A stretch of 64,000 nt of DNA from Mannheimia granulomatis (GTDB lineage: Bacteria; Pseudomonadota; Gammaproteobacteria; Enterobacterales; Pasteurellaceae), in contig NZ_CP016614.1 in NCBI RefSeq assembly GCF_013377255.1, forward strand, positions 1,620,021-1,684,020. The letters run 5' to 3'. Below are positions 23,935 to 34,462 of this stretch, one piece after another. The first letter of the stretch is position 1; each line of letters opens with the position of its first letter. The notes beneath the pieces are model-generated. The model was not told where the DNA came from. It worked only from the letters and a program-made list of their open reading frames with translations, and did no database searches. The position numbers were made by a program, and so were the translations under genes.

Positions 23935-23968
23935 GTAAAAAAATAGCAGGAACTTCCTGCTATTTTAT
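23935..23968. terminator. Bidirectional terminator between the DUF808 gene and hemY
   Basis: ATAGCAGGA-ACT-TCCTGCTAT flanked by A and T runs. Confidence 0.7.
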
Positions 23969-23974
23969 TAAATA

Positions 23975-25240
23975 CTATAATGTCTTGCTTTCATTTAGAT
24001 TTTCAGGCAAGGCAAGAATGCCATCTGCTTTAGCTTGAACATCCATGTTGACCTGTTTTAAGTTTTCTTCACGAATGCGATTTGCAAGTACTATATCATT
24101 TGTTTGCTCTGCCACATGTAACGCCATAATACGATCATCTGCAATACACTCATCATGTTCTAATAACAACTCAAATTGTACTTTCGCTTTTTGGTATTCG
24201 CCGTCACGTGTATAAATATAACCTAATGCTCTTGCGTAATCATCTGTATATTTTACATTTGCTTTATCTGCACGTTTTGCTAACACTTTTAATAATTTGC
24301 TGTCTGAAGCAACCTGTAAGCGTGTAAGCTGAACAAACAAGCTGTTTAGTTGTTCATCCTCAAATTTCTTTAAGGTTTCTAACGCTATGTCTTCCGCTGA
24401 TTGGTGATCATCACTATCAATTAAACGTTTCACCACACCTACACGGCTATACACCGATTTACGACGGCGGTTTGGTTGGTTTTCCCACCAATACAATAGC
24501 CCTTCTTGCCCTTCTTCTTGTAAACGTTCATCCTGTAAACCATCATCTACAAAATGCTCTAACTCGGCGTACTCTTCTGCGGTTAAGAAACTGCGTTGCC
24601 CGATTTCAGTTAGTAATCTGTCTAACGCCACATAGGCTTTAGAATCTTTGTAGATTTGAATAGCCAAACGTAAAACTTCATCGTTATGCGGAGCAAGTTC
24701 TAATAAACTATCAATCGCTGTACGAGCTGCGGGGATCTTACCTTGCTGTAACAAAATTTTAGTGCGGGATAATTCCACCGCTACATTATTTGGCCCGGCA
24801 ATTTCAGCGGCTTTAATCAAATATTTGTTTGCCGCCAAATCATCCCCGTTTTGTTGTGCAGCTTCTGCTGCTTTAATTAAATTAAGCACGGGTTCATCGG
24901 CGTGTTTAGCGTTTTTACTGAATAATTTTTCTGCTTTGGAATAATTACCTTCGCTCATACGCATTAGACCTTCTAGGGTCTCCTGCTGTGCTTTTTTATG
25001 TTTACGGGTTGAAAACCAGTTATATGCGCCACTACTCATTCTACAAACTTTGGTAAATATCCATTCCAAGCCATAAACTACCGCCATCGCTATAACAAAG
25101 AAAACTACTAGCATCACAATGCTCATTTCAATCACTGTTGATGCAGTTTCAATTCTTACATAGCCTTGACTACCTGCGAGGTAAGGACCTGAAATCAACC
25201 CGGCTAATAATAAAAGCATTAAAAAGAGAGTTCTAAACAT
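23975..25240 (-). CDS. hemY: Protoheme IX biogenesis protein HemY (TPR)
   Basis: Two N-terminal TM segments followed by TPR repeats; sits downstream of hemX. Confidence 0.82.
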   Translation of the reverse strand: MFRTLFLMLLLLAGLISGPYLAGSQGYVRIETASTVIEMSIVMLVVFFVIAMAVVYGLEWIFTKVCRMSSGAYNWFSTRKHKKAQQETLEGLMRMSEGNYSKAEKLFSKNAKHADEPVLNLIKAAEAAQQNGDDLAANKYLIKAAEIAGPNNVAVELSRTKILLQQGKIPAARTAIDSLLELAPHNDEVLRLAIQIYKDSKAYVALDRLLTEIGQRSFLTAEEYAELEHFVDDGLQDERLQEEGQEGLLYWWENQPNRRRKSVYSRVGVVKRLIDSDDHQSAEDIALETLKKFEDEQLNSLFVQLTRLQVASDSKLLKVLAKRADKANVKYTDDYARALGYIYTRDGEYQKAKVQFELLLEHDECIADDRIMALHVAEQTNDIVLANRIREENLKQVNMDVQAKADGILALPENLNESKTL

Positions 25241-25255
25241 AATATTATTCTCCTT

Positions 25256-26629
25256 TTATTGTACTGAAGGCTTTGTCGATTGTGGTTGTTCAGAAGTTGC
25301 ATCTTCTTTCACCGGCTCAACTTGCTCTAGCTCTTTTTCAGCTTGAATTTCTACTTTTTCAACTGCCTGAGGTACTTTATTAATTTGCTGTGCTAATACT
25401 TTCAAACTTTGTAATGAATCAGGCGCATCTACATAAATAGTTTGCTCCGCTAAGTCATCCATCTCTTTTAAGAAATTTTGCACATTTTCATTTGAGGTTT
25501 CAAAATAACTTCTTATCCAAGAACCTACCGTTTGTAACGATTTTTTATACAACTCACTTTGTTGACGTGGAATTGCTAAAATCGCAATTTGAAGACGTAA
25601 GCGAATATTTTCACGCAAATAAATTTCTTGATTTGGTGCAACAAAAGCTTTTTCATCGGCTTCATTACGTTTAGAAATACGAATAAAATGATCTAAGAAA
25701 GAAGTCGCATTTTTCTCCAAATTGGTTTTCCAATCTTCAATTGAATCCGTTACTTGATTGTTTGAATTCAATGCTTGATTTTGCTCATTTTCTAAAATAG
25801 GCAAGTCATCTAATTTATTAGCTAAATTTGCTACACGCTGCATTAACGCATTTTGGTCGACAACATTAATATTCGCTAACGTATTTAAATCAGCCTTAAT
25901 TGCGTCACGCACATTAATGGCAGTAGGCACTTGCGTTAATACTTGATCTGCTTCCAATAAAAGATTTTTTGCTGTTTCAATATCGTTATCCAATACGACT
26001 TTACGGAGTGCATTATTTAATAGGAAATCAGCTTCAGATAACAACCAGAATGTTTTATCAGAACCAGAAGTATTATTTAATTTTTGTAGCTGTAACTGTA
26101 ATCCACTAATTTGCTGAGTATAGCCGGTTTGTGCGTTTTCAAGCTGACTAATACGCTCTAACGCTTTTTGGTAATGTGCTGCAAGTTCATTAATTTGTGC
26201 TTTTTCATTATCAAAATTCGGCATTTCCAGTGCAGTTTGTACCGGCATTTGCAAAGTTACTTTCTTAGAAACTGCTTTAATTTGAGCATCAAGCTCATTA
26301 AATTTTTGATTTCCTAGAAAATAGCCGGCACCACCTACAGCAAGAGCCACTAATAAAGATAATAATGCTAACCCTTTACCACTTGATTTTTGCTGAACGA
26401 GAACTTTTTCTTCTACTGCTTTTTCAGTAGAAATATTTTCTTCAACTTGAGTAATATTTTCAGCAGACTCATTCATAACAGCCTTCTCAGCCTCCTTTTT
26501 TGCAAAAGATTCTGTAGAATCGACCGCTTGTTGAGTCTTATCTCCCACTTCTTCAATCTTATTTTCTACTTGTTCAAGTACTTTTTTTTGTCTTGACATA
26601 CTCGCCACCTTAGTTAGATTTGTTGTCAA
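25256..26629 (-). CDS. hemX: HemX (putative uroporphyrinogen-III C-methyltransferase-family membrane protein)
   Basis: Single TM segment (LALLSLLVALAVGGAGYFLG), Gln/Glu-rich coiled coil, at the hemCDXY position. Confidence 0.8.
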   Translation of the reverse strand: MTTNLTKVASMSRQKKVLEQVENKIEEVGDKTQQAVDSTESFAKKEAEKAVMNESAENITQVEENISTEKAVEEKVLVQQKSSGKGLALLSLLVALAVGGAGYFLGNQKFNELDAQIKAVSKKVTLQMPVQTALEMPNFDNEKAQINELAAHYQKALERISQLENAQTGYTQQISGLQLQLQKLNNTSGSDKTFWLLSEADFLLNNALRKVVLDNDIETAKNLLLEADQVLTQVPTAINVRDAIKADLNTLANINVVDQNALMQRVANLANKLDDLPILENEQNQALNSNNQVTDSIEDWKTNLEKNATSFLDHFIRISKRNEADEKAFVAPNQEIYLRENIRLRLQIAILAIPRQQSELYKKSLQTVGSWIRSYFETSNENVQNFLKEMDDLAEQTIYVDAPDSLQSLKVLAQQINKVPQAVEKVEIQAEKELEQVEPVKEDATSEQPQSTKPSVQ

Positions 26630-27374
26630 TTTTAAATAATGTATTCATTAAGCTTACATTATCAGCTTTATATGATAAAAAAATCTGCTCTGCTTGCCAG
26701 CCCATCTGTCTGGCAATTTTTGCAATGCGATTACTTACTACTACAAGGTTACACCCCAGCAACCATTCACGGCAACTCTCTTTTGTCTGCTCAAACAATG
26801 AAGTTAAAATTTCACTACTGGTAATTACAACTGTATCCACACCTAAACGCTTACATAAGCTGATTTTTTCAGGAATATCATCGGTTACAGGAACTCTTTG
26901 ATAACATTCAAGATATTGTACATTTGCCCCACGCAAAGTCGCTTTTTCAGCTAACAATTCCCGACCAGAATTTGCCCTTAAAATCAAAATTGTCTTATCT
27001 CGTAAATTCTGCATTTCAGGCAGCTCTAATACTCCCTCACTATTTTCAGATTCTATCGGATAAATGACCGCTTGTTCAGCTTTTTCTGTAAAATATTTAG
27101 CCGTTCTTTGCCCTACCGCCAAATATTTCAGATCAGCACGGAAATGAAATCCTGTATCAGCAAGCGTTTTAACCGCATATTCCACTGCATTAGGCGACAC
27201 AGAAAAAACATAATCTCCCGATTTCAAACGGGATAAAACGGATGGAAGCTGCGGCAGATCTTTGCCGGCCTCAATTGTAAATAGCGGTTGATGAATAGCA
27301 AAAATTTGCTGCTCATTCAACATATCGGCTAATTCTTGTCCCCTACTGTCAGGACGTGTAACAAGTACATTCAT
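26610..27374 (-). CDS. hemD: Uroporphyrinogen-III synthase HemD
   Basis: Start set at MNVLVTRP, 5 nt after the hemC stop. The ORF track's upstream extension overlaps hemC and is rejected. Confidence 0.82.
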   Translation of the reverse strand: MNVLVTRPDSRGQELADMLNEQQIFAIHQPLFTIEAGKDLPQLPSVLSRLKSGDYVFSVSPNAVEYAVKTLADTGFHFRADLKYLAVGQRTAKYFTEKAEQAVIYPIESENSEGVLELPEMQNLRDKTILILRANSGRELLAEKATLRGANVQYLECYQRVPVTDDIPEKISLCKRLGVDTVVITSSEILTSLFEQTKESCREWLLGCNLVVVSNRIAKIARQMGWQAEQIFLSYKADNVSLMNTLFKIDNKSN

Positions 27375-27378
27375 TATC

Positions 27379-28311
27379 TTATGCGTTGTCTTTATAAACT
27401 TCTGCCAAAATTTTATCTGCACCTTGTGCCAATAATTGCTCAGCAACCGAGATACCCAACTGCTCGGCATTTTGTATATTAGCTTTACCGGAAGCTCGAA
27501 TAATTTGTGAACCATCTAGCGAGCCTACTAAGGCATTCAATGTAATCTCATCGCCTGCTAACGTCGCAAAACCACCAATCGGCACTTGACATCCGCCTTG
27601 CAAACGAGTGTTCATCGCACGCTCAGCTATCACACAACAAGCGGTCGAATTATGATTTAATTTTGCAACATAGTTTAAAATACGCTCATCGTTTACTCTA
27701 GTTTCAATACCTACTGCACCTTGCCCTGCGGCCGGTAACGATTGCTCGACCGGAATATAGCTTCGAATTCTCTCTTTTAACCCTAAACGGATTAAACCTG
27801 CAGAGGCTAAAATAATAGCATCATATTCACCATTATCTAATTTACTCAAACGAGTCCCCACATTTCCTCGTAAAGATTTTACTGTTAAATGAGGATATTT
27901 CGCCATTAATTGACATTGACGGCGTAAACTGGAAGTCCCTATAACCGAACCTGCCGGCAATTCATCCAAGCTACTAAATTTATTTGAAACAAAAGCATCT
28001 CTTGGATCTTCACGCTCGCAAATTACCGCTAACCCTAATCCTTCCGGAAAACTCATTGGCACGTCTTTCATTGAATGTACCGCGATATCTGCCCGATTTT
28101 CCAATAACGCCAGTTCTAATTCTTTAACGAACAATCCTTTACCGCCAATTTTTGCCAAAGGAGTATCTAAAATAACATCGCCTTTTGTTACCATAGTCAC
28201 CAGTTCAACAGACAAATTAGGAAAATATTTTTCTAATTCGCTTTTTACAAAATTAGCCTGCCACAAAGCGAGTGGGCTTTGGCGGGTTGCAATACGTAAA
28301 ATATCCTTCAT
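27379..28311 (-). CDS. hemC: Porphobilinogen deaminase (hydroxymethylbilane synthase) HemC
   Basis: [19 protein letters not shown]..., dipyrromethane cofactor Cys region. Confidence 0.94.
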   Translation of the reverse strand: MKDILRIATRQSPLALWQANFVKSELEKYFPNLSVELVTMVTKGDVILDTPLAKIGGKGLFVKELELALLENRADIAVHSMKDVPMSFPEGLGLAVICEREDPRDAFVSNKFSSLDELPAGSVIGTSSLRRQCQLMAKYPHLTVKSLRGNVGTRLSKLDNGEYDAIILASAGLIRLGLKERIRSYIPVEQSLPAAGQGAVGIETRVNDERILNYVAKLNHNSTACCVIAERAMNTRLQGGCQVPIGGFATLAGDEITLNALVGSLDGSQIIRASGKANIQNAEQLGISVAEQLLAQGADKILAEVYKDNA

Positions 28312-28487
28312 AAATCTTTAATCTAAAACAAACTTGTCAGTAACCCATCCTAACACTTTTTGCCTCAAACTGCCAAAAATAATCATCTCTATCTAGTTGG
28401 TATTAATCAAAATTAAGTGATTTTTCTTCAAGAATATATAAATAAACGTATTTATATTTTATAGCATATATGTCATTTTTTAAAACC

Positions 28488-28501
28488 TTGATATAGATCA
28501 A
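28488..28501. promoter_or_regulatory. FNR (HlyX-type) binding site TTGATATAGATCAA
   Basis: Perfect match to TTGAT-N4-ATCAA. TATAAT at 28520-28525 places the site at about -39 to -41 of a putative adhE promoter. Confidence 0.65.
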
Positions 28502-28607
28502 AACAACACATCAAGAAGTATAATTTTTAACGACAAAATAACTCTTTTGGGTAATAATTTCAAAAGTTAAAAAAATTATCAAATTTAAACTTATGAGGAA
28601 CCAAACT

Positions 28608-31214
28608 ATGGCTAAACACACTCAACCATACGATGCCCAAGCGGAAGTTAATTCGCTTGTTGAAAAAGGCTTAAAAGCACTTGAAGAGTTTAAAAAACTC
28701 AACCAAGAGCAAGTCGATTTCATTGTTGCTAAAGCTTCTGTTGCCGCATTAGATAAACATGGTATTTTAGCAATGCACGCTTATGAAGAAACCGGTCGCG
28801 GTGTATTCGAAGATAAAGCAACTAAAAACCTGTTTGCCTGCGAATATGTTGTCAATAATATGCGACATTTAAAAACTGCCGGTATCATTAATGAAGATGA
28901 TGTAACAGGCATTACCGAAATAGCCGACCCGGTCGGTGTTGTCTGCGGTATCACGCCAACCACCAACCCAACCTCAACAACTATTTTCAAAGCCCTCATC
29001 GCTCTTAAAACCCGTAATCCTATCGTATTTGCCTTCCACCCATCTGCCCAGCAATGCTCAGCACATGCAGCTCAAATTGTACGAGATGCAGCTGTTGCAG
29101 CAGGCGCACCGGAAAACTGCGTACAATGGCTTGCTCAACCCTCAATGGAAGGCACCTCTGCTTTAATGAAACATCCTGGCATTGCCACTATTCTTGCAAC
29201 CGGAGGAAATGCCATGGTTGAAGCCGCCTATTCTTGTGGAAAACCGGCTTTAGGCGTAGGGGCAGGTAATGTACCGGCTTATGTGGAAAAAACCGCAAAA
29301 CTAAAACAAGCAGTTTATGATATTGTGATGTCGAAATCATTCGATAATGGAATGATTTGTGCTTCTGAGCAAGCGGCAATTGTGGATAAAGAAATCTATG
29401 CCGAATTTATTAAAGAAATGCAATCTTACGGTGTGTATTTAGTCAATAAAAAAGAGAAAGCCTTGCTTGAAAAATATATTTTCGGCGTAGATAAAGCAAA
29501 AGATGAAAACTGTGCAGGGGCAAAATTAAATGCCGCAGTTGTGGGTAAACCTGCAGCCTGGATTGCCGAGCAAGCAGGCTTTAAAGTGCCTGAAAAAACC
29601 AATATTCTATTAGCAGAATGTGCCTTTGTAGGTGAAGGCGAACCTCTCACACGTGAAAAACTCTCTCCTGTACTTGCCCTACTCAAATCTAACTCTACCG
29701 AACAAGGCTTGGAATTATCCGAAGCAATGGTGAACTTTCACGGTTTAGGTCATAGTGCAGCAATTCATACCGAAAACAAAGAATTAGCTAAAACCTTCGG
29801 TGAACGTGTTAAAGCCATTCGTGTGATTTGGAACTCACCATCTACCTTTGGAGGCATTGGTGATGTATATAACTCCTTCTTACCTTCTCTCACTTTAGGT
29901 TGTGGCTCTTACGGTAAAAACTCCGTAGGCAACAACGTCAGTGCAGTGAACTTACTTAATATCAAACGTGTGGGCAGACGGAGAAACAATATGCAATGGT
30001 TTAAAGTGCCATCAAAAATCTACTTTGAGCGTGATTCAATCCAATATTTAAAATCTATGCACGATGTCCACAAAGTGATGATCGTAACAGACCGTTCAAT
30101 GGTAGATTTAGGCTTTGTAGATAGAATTACCGAACAACTACGCCAACGCCGTAATCCAATTACTTACCAACTTTTTGCTGACGTTGAGCCAAACCCAAGT
30201 TTAGACACCGTCAAACGCGGCACGGAATTAATGCGTAGCTTCCAGCCGGATACCATCATTGCCTTAGGCGGTGGCTCACCAATGGATGCGGCGAAAATCA
30301 TGTGGTTATTCTATGAACAACCGGAAGTCGATTTCCGTGATTTAGTGCAAAAATTCATGGATATTCGCAAACGTGCATTCAAATTCCCACAATTGGGACG
30401 TAAAGCAAAATTTGTCGGCATTCCAACGACTTCCGGTACAGGCTCTGAAGTCACACCATTTGCGGTAATTACCGATGGCGATATCAAATACCCATTAGCA
30501 GACTACTCGCTCACCCCAACCATTGCGATTGTCGATCCTGCTCTGGTGATGACTGTTCCATCCCACGTGGCAGCAGATACCGGCTTAGACGTATTAACCC
30601 ACGCAACCGAGGCTTACACCTCAATTTTAGCCAACGACTATACCGACGGTTTAGCTCTACAAGCGATCAAGTTAGTATTTGAAAACTTAGAGAAATCAGT
30701 CAAAGAGTTTGACGAAGTGGCTCGTGAGAAAATGCACAACGCCTCAACCATGGCAGGTATGGCATTTGCCAACGCATTCCTAGGAATTTGTCACTCAATG
30801 GCACATAAAATCGGCGGTAAATTCCATACTATTCATGGGCGTACTAACGCGATTTTACTACCACATGTTATCCGCTATAACGGCACCCGCCCAACAAAAG
30901 TTGCTACTTGGCCAAAATATACTAACTACGTGGCAGATATCCGCTTCCAAGACATTGCCCGCATGCTCGGCTTACCGGCAGACACACCAGAACAAGGGGT
31001 AGAATCTTACGCAAAAGCAGTGCATGACTTAGCGGAGCGCTGCGGTGTAAAAATGTCTTTACGTGAACAAGGCGTTGATGAACAAGAGTTCTTGGCAGCC
31101 CGCCGTGAACTTGCCTTAAACGCATTTGAAGACCAATGCACCCCGGCAAACCCACGCTTGGCCATGATTGAAGACATGGAAGCGATTATGACCAAAGCGT
31201 TTTATGGAAAATAA
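28608..31214 (+). CDS. adhE: Bifunctional acetaldehyde-CoA/alcohol dehydrogenase AdhE
   Basis: Colinear with E. coli AdhE over both the ALDH and Fe-ADH domains. Start at MAKHTQP after a GAGGA Shine-Dalgarno; the ORF track's extra 5 codons are unlikely. Confidence 0.93.
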   Translation: MAKHTQPYDAQAEVNSLVEKGLKALEEFKKLNQEQVDFIVAKASVAALDKHGILAMHAYEETGRGVFEDKATKNLFACEYVVNNMRHLKTAGIINEDDVTGITEIADPVGVVCGITPTTNPTSTTIFKALIALKTRNPIVFAFHPSAQQCSAHAAQIVRDAAVAAGAPENCVQWLAQPSMEGTSALMKHPGIATILATGGNAMVEAAYSCGKPALGVGAGNVPAYVEKTAKLKQAVYDIVMSKSFDNGMICASEQAAIVDKEIYAEFIKEMQSYGVYLVNKKEKALLEKYIFGVDKAKDENCAGAKLNAAVVGKPAAWIAEQAGFKVPEKTNILLAECAFVGEGEPLTREKLSPVLALLKSNSTEQGLELSEAMVNFHGLGHSAAIHTENKELAKTFGERVKAIRVIWNSPSTFGGIGDVYNSFLPSLTLGCGSYGKNSVGNNVSAVNLLNIKRVGRRRNNMQWFKVPSKIYFERDSIQYLKSMHDVHKVMIVTDRSMVDLGFVDRITEQLRQRRNPITYQLFADVEPNPSLDTVKRGTELMRSFQPDTIIALGGGSPMDAAKIMWLFYEQPEVDFRDLVQKFMDIRKRAFKFPQLGRKAKFVGIPTTSGTGSEVTPFAVITDGDIKYPLADYSLTPTIAIVDPALVMTVPSHVAADTGLDVLTHATEAYTSILANDYTDGLALQAIKLVFENLEKSVKEFDEVAREKMHNASTMAGMAFANAFLGICHSMAHKIGGKFHTIHGRTNAILLPHVIRYNGTRPTKVATWPKYTNYVADIRFQDIARMLGLPADTPEQGVESYAKAVHDLAERCGVKMSLREQGVDEQEFLAARRELALNAFEDQCTPANPRLAMIEDMEAIMTKAFYGK

Positions 31215-31242
31215 GCGTTAAATAATTATTAAAAAGCCCAAA

Positions 31243-31286
31243 AAATAAAAGGTTGGTAAACATAAAATTTACCAACCTTTATTTAT
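31243..31286. terminator. Bidirectional terminator between adhE and the flotillin gene
   Basis: AAGGTTGGTAAA-loop-TTTACCAACCTT flanked by A and T runs. Confidence 0.75.
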
Positions 31287-32725
31287 TACTCTTTTTCTGA
31301 CGGCTTACCTTGAGAATGACCTAAAAGCTTCTCAATTAATGCCTTGCCTAATTCAGACTGATTTAAGCCCTCTAAGGTTGCAGCAATTTTTGTACCGCCT
31401 GTTGAACTAAAAAGCTCACCTACCCGCTGAATCCCTTTATCTACACGTGCATCATTAATGATAAATTTCATATCAGAATGTGAAAGTGCTTTGGCTTGCT
31501 CAATACCAATAGCTTGATTCGCTTCAATTTGGCGAATACTGACCAGATATTGTTGATAGCCCTCATTTCCACCAATTTCTCTTGCCAGCTCAATCTGCCC
31601 CGATACTAAAGAGATTTCCAATTTTTGTTTAGCTTCAGCTTCAGCCGAACCAATTTTAGCAATACCTTGAGCCTCTTTATCTTTAGTTTCCAATAAAGCT
31701 TCTGCCTCCAAAAATGCTTTTTGTTTTTCCCCTTCAGCCACCAAAATTTGGTGTTGTTTCTCGGCTTCTGAATTAATAATTAACGCATTTCGATTTGCTT
31801 CTGCTTTAATTTCTTGAGTGCGTTTATCTTGATCCGCTTTCACAATTTCTACATCTTTAGCAATTTCAGCTTGCTTTACTTCCGCAACCCGTTTTACCTC
31901 CATTTCACGCTCTTTGGTGATTTTTTCTTGCTGTTTCACCAACTGTTGAGCTTGCTCATTAGAAACCGCCACCTCACGCTGATTTTCAACGGTTTTTAAG
32001 CCTACTTCTTTTTCTGCTTCTTGACGTTTTACATCCGCCTCTTTCTTCGCTTCAATTTCGGCAATCTGTGCTTCTTTTTGGTTACGAGCCACTTCAACAC
32101 GGCTCTCTTTTTCAATAAAGGATTTTTTAATTTCCATAATATTGAAAATTACTTTAGAACCACCGCTATCCCGAATATCCATCAGCTCAATGTTTTTCAC
32201 CGGCTCAATCCCCCAATTTTTCAACTGTTCTTTGACGGCAGCAGTAAAATCATCACCCAATTCAGAACGCACCTGCAAAATATCATTTAGATTACGGCTA
32301 GATAAAATAGAACGCACCGAGCCTTGAATAATATCAACCAGTTGGATATTCATATCGTGAAAATCCGAAACACGCTGCGCAGCTAAATTGCTATCTGCCA
32401 CACGGAAAAACGCGGTAATATCCACCACAAAAGGTAAACGCTCTAAATCATAGGCTTCATAGTTATCAATTTTAATCGAGAACACCGAGACCGGTAGCAC
32501 GATCGTACTGACCCCAATCAGCGGCAACCAAGAAGGAAACGCATAATAAACATTACCATTGCCGGTATCTTTACCGTAAGATATCGTCTTACCTCCCGAT
32601 TGCACGATGTGTACTTCATTGGTCTTTACGACCCGGCGGAATAGCAATGCAATAAAAAGCGATATAGCAATAACTATAACGATTCCAATAATTGCAACCA
32701 ATATGTAAAAGTCCATAACATTCAC
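31286..32725 (-). CDS. SPFH/band-7 flotillin-family protein (YqiK-like)
   Basis: N-terminal TM segment, SPFH domain, then a long Glu/Lys/Ala-rich coiled coil. Confidence 0.8.
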   Translation of the reverse strand: MNVMDFYILVAIIGIVIVIAISLFIALLFRRVVKTNEVHIVQSGGKTISYGKDTGNGNVYYAFPSWLPLIGVSTIVLPVSVFSIKIDNYEAYDLERLPFVVDITAFFRVADSNLAAQRVSDFHDMNIQLVDIIQGSVRSILSSRNLNDILQVRSELGDDFTAAVKEQLKNWGIEPVKNIELMDIRDSGGSKVIFNIMEIKKSFIEKESRVEVARNQKEAQIAEIEAKKEADVKRQEAEKEVGLKTVENQREVAVSNEQAQQLVKQQEKITKEREMEVKRVAEVKQAEIAKDVEIVKADQDKRTQEIKAEANRNALIINSEAEKQHQILVAEGEKQKAFLEAEALLETKDKEAQGIAKIGSAEAEAKQKLEISLVSGQIELAREIGGNEGYQQYLVSIRQIEANQAIGIEQAKALSHSDMKFIINDARVDKGIQRVGELFSSTGGTKIAATLEGLNQSELGKALIEKLLGHSQGKPSEKE

Positions 32726-32760
32726 CTTTTAAATAAAAAAACAATTCACACTTTAAGCCA

Positions 32761-32822
32761 ACAAGCGGTGATTTTCTAGCAAAATTTTGCAAATTTCCGT
32801 CGAATTTAGACCGCTTGTTCGC
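32761..32822. repeat. Inverted pair of uptake signal sequences (ACAAGCGGT ... ACCGCTTGT)
   Basis: CAAGCGGTG ... GACCGCTTGTTC separated by about 40 bp. Confidence 0.8.
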
Positions 32823-33190
32823 CTTTCCAACGCAGAGCTTCGATCACCGCCTTCAGTGCACCGGAGCTTTTGCGGTTGGAGTAGTAGAGGTGGTAGCCCT
32901 AGAGGATAAAACACCCCTACTTGCCGGCGGTTTGGCTAAACCAAGCAATCATAAAGAGCAATATTTTTAAATGTTGGCTTGCCAATGCTGTAAAGCTGTA
33001 AACAGCTCTTTCAAGGAGGGAAAATAATCGTTTGTAGAATTCAGCAACAAATAAACTTCTACTCTAAATATACGAACTTATAGTATTATGCAGATGGAAT
33101 TACTTGCTTTAACAAGCGGTTAATTTTTAGAGTTTTTTTGTAAAAATCAATTCAGATAAGAACCATAACATAAATATAAGGAGTGAATTA

Positions 33191-34414
33191 ATGCAAACCT
33201 ACCAAAATAAATCCCTTTGTCGTGTACGAACGATAACATTATTTTTAAGCCTAACGAAAGATAAATCACAATGGCAAGATGCATTGAAATCGGCTAAAGC
33301 CGAATTTGATATTCTCGTTCCTGCAATCCAAAAACAAGGGTATATTTTGCAATCTATTCGGATTGTAACAAATGGCTTTGGCGAATACTTAGATTTAACC
33401 AGTATTGAAACGGCTAAACAAGATTTAGCTTATCTAAAACAGTTATTAAGCCAGCTAAGCGATAGTGGTTTACGCATCCGATTTGCTATTGGTGAAGCTA
33501 AAACGGCTGAAGAGCTTGCATTATTGCCGGAACTCATCTTAAACTATGGTGATTTATCTAATGCTTGCGTGAATGTTGATTTAGATGAATTTGGTATTTT
33601 AGATAATGAAAAGATTTTGCACTCTGCTCAAATTATAAAACAGATTGCTGAAATTACCCCTAGAGGAGAAGGGAACTTTAACTTTACCGTTAACTTTAAC
33701 TGCAAGCCATTCATTCCTTATTTTCCGGCAAGCTATCATTCAAGCCAGCTACCAAATAGCTTTGTGATTGGCTTGGAAACACCTGACTTGCTGGTTGCAG
33801 TATTAAAAGAGCTAAAACAAACTCAGCATAATGATTTTTATCACCAATGCTATGAAACAATGTCTCAAGCCTTACAATATCACGTTGATGAAATTCTAAG
33901 TGCCGTAAATTCGGTAAAAGATTCATTGAAATTTGAATTCGCCGGAATGGATAGCTCGGCCGCTCCATCTAAAAATTGTGCTTCCATGACAGAAGTTTAT
34001 GAATTAATGGGTGTCCCTTTCTTTGGCGCCGCTGGCACAGTTGAAGCCTCTGCCCTGCTGACAAAAGTGTTTAAATCTGTCAAAAATGTACCGCTTGTCG
34101 GGTTTTCCGGATTAATGCTTGCAGTAACAGAAGATTTAGGACTGGCTGAAGGCACACAAAAAGAGCAATTCGATATCCGAGCACTACTGACTTATAGTGC
34201 CGTCTGTGGCATTGGGCTTGATACTGTGCCAATTTCGAGTGAAGCAACCATTGAGCAAATTGCAGCACTAATGCGAGATACCGGCACAATGGCATTTAGA
34301 CTAAACAAGCCACTTACCGTTCGCTTATTCCCAATTCCAAATAAAGTAGCAGGTGATGTAACCGAATTCGAAAGTGATGATTTATGTAATTGCCGAATTC
34401 TAGCGGTTCCTTAA
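33191..34414 (+). CDS. UPF0210/DUF711-family protein (divergent member)
   Basis: N-terminal RVRTITLFLSL (compare the family's DIRTITMGISLL), internal CGIGLDTVPI, and C-terminal IEQIAALMRDTGTMAFRLNKPLTVRLFPIP...GDVTEF, which matches the family's C-terminal pattern. Confidence 0.6.
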   Translation: MQTYQNKSLCRVRTITLFLSLTKDKSQWQDALKSAKAEFDILVPAIQKQGYILQSIRIVTNGFGEYLDLTSIETAKQDLAYLKQLLSQLSDSGLRIRFAIGEAKTAEELALLPELILNYGDLSNACVNVDLDEFGILDNEKILHSAQIIKQIAEITPRGEGNFNFTVNFNCKPFIPYFPASYHSSQLPNSFVIGLETPDLLVAVLKELKQTQHNDFYHQCYETMSQALQYHVDEILSAVNSVKDSLKFEFAGMDSSAAPSKNCASMTEVYELMGVPFFGAAGTVEASALLTKVFKSVKNVPLVGFSGLMLAVTEDLGLAEGTQKEQFDIRALLTYSAVCGIGLDTVPISSEATIEQIAALMRDTGTMAFRLNKPLTVRLFPIPNKVAGDVTEFESDDLCNCRILAVP

Positions 34415-34420
34415 TCCAGT

Positions 34421-34462
34421 AAAAAGGCTGATGATCAATTGATTCATCAGCCTTTATCTCTT
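34421..34462. terminator. Bidirectional terminator between the DUF711 gene and amiB
   Basis: AAAGGCTGATGA-loop-TCATCAGCCTTT. Confidence 0.75.

Noticed and set aside
26583-26592. A8 tract at codons 4-7 of hemX
   Set aside because: Could slip in principle, but hemX is housekeeping and A/T runs of this length are common in this AT-rich genome. There is no evidence for phase variation.
26610-27515. Extended hemD ORF overlapping hemC by about 140 nt
   Set aside because: The conserved HemD N-terminus begins at MNVLVTRP (27374), 5 nt after the hemC stop.
32826-32935. Considered a tRNA or insertion-sequence terminal inverted repeat
   Set aside because: No cloverleaf-compatible arms, and no inverted-repeat or transposase ORF nearby. 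Kept only as a gene-remnant hypothesis.
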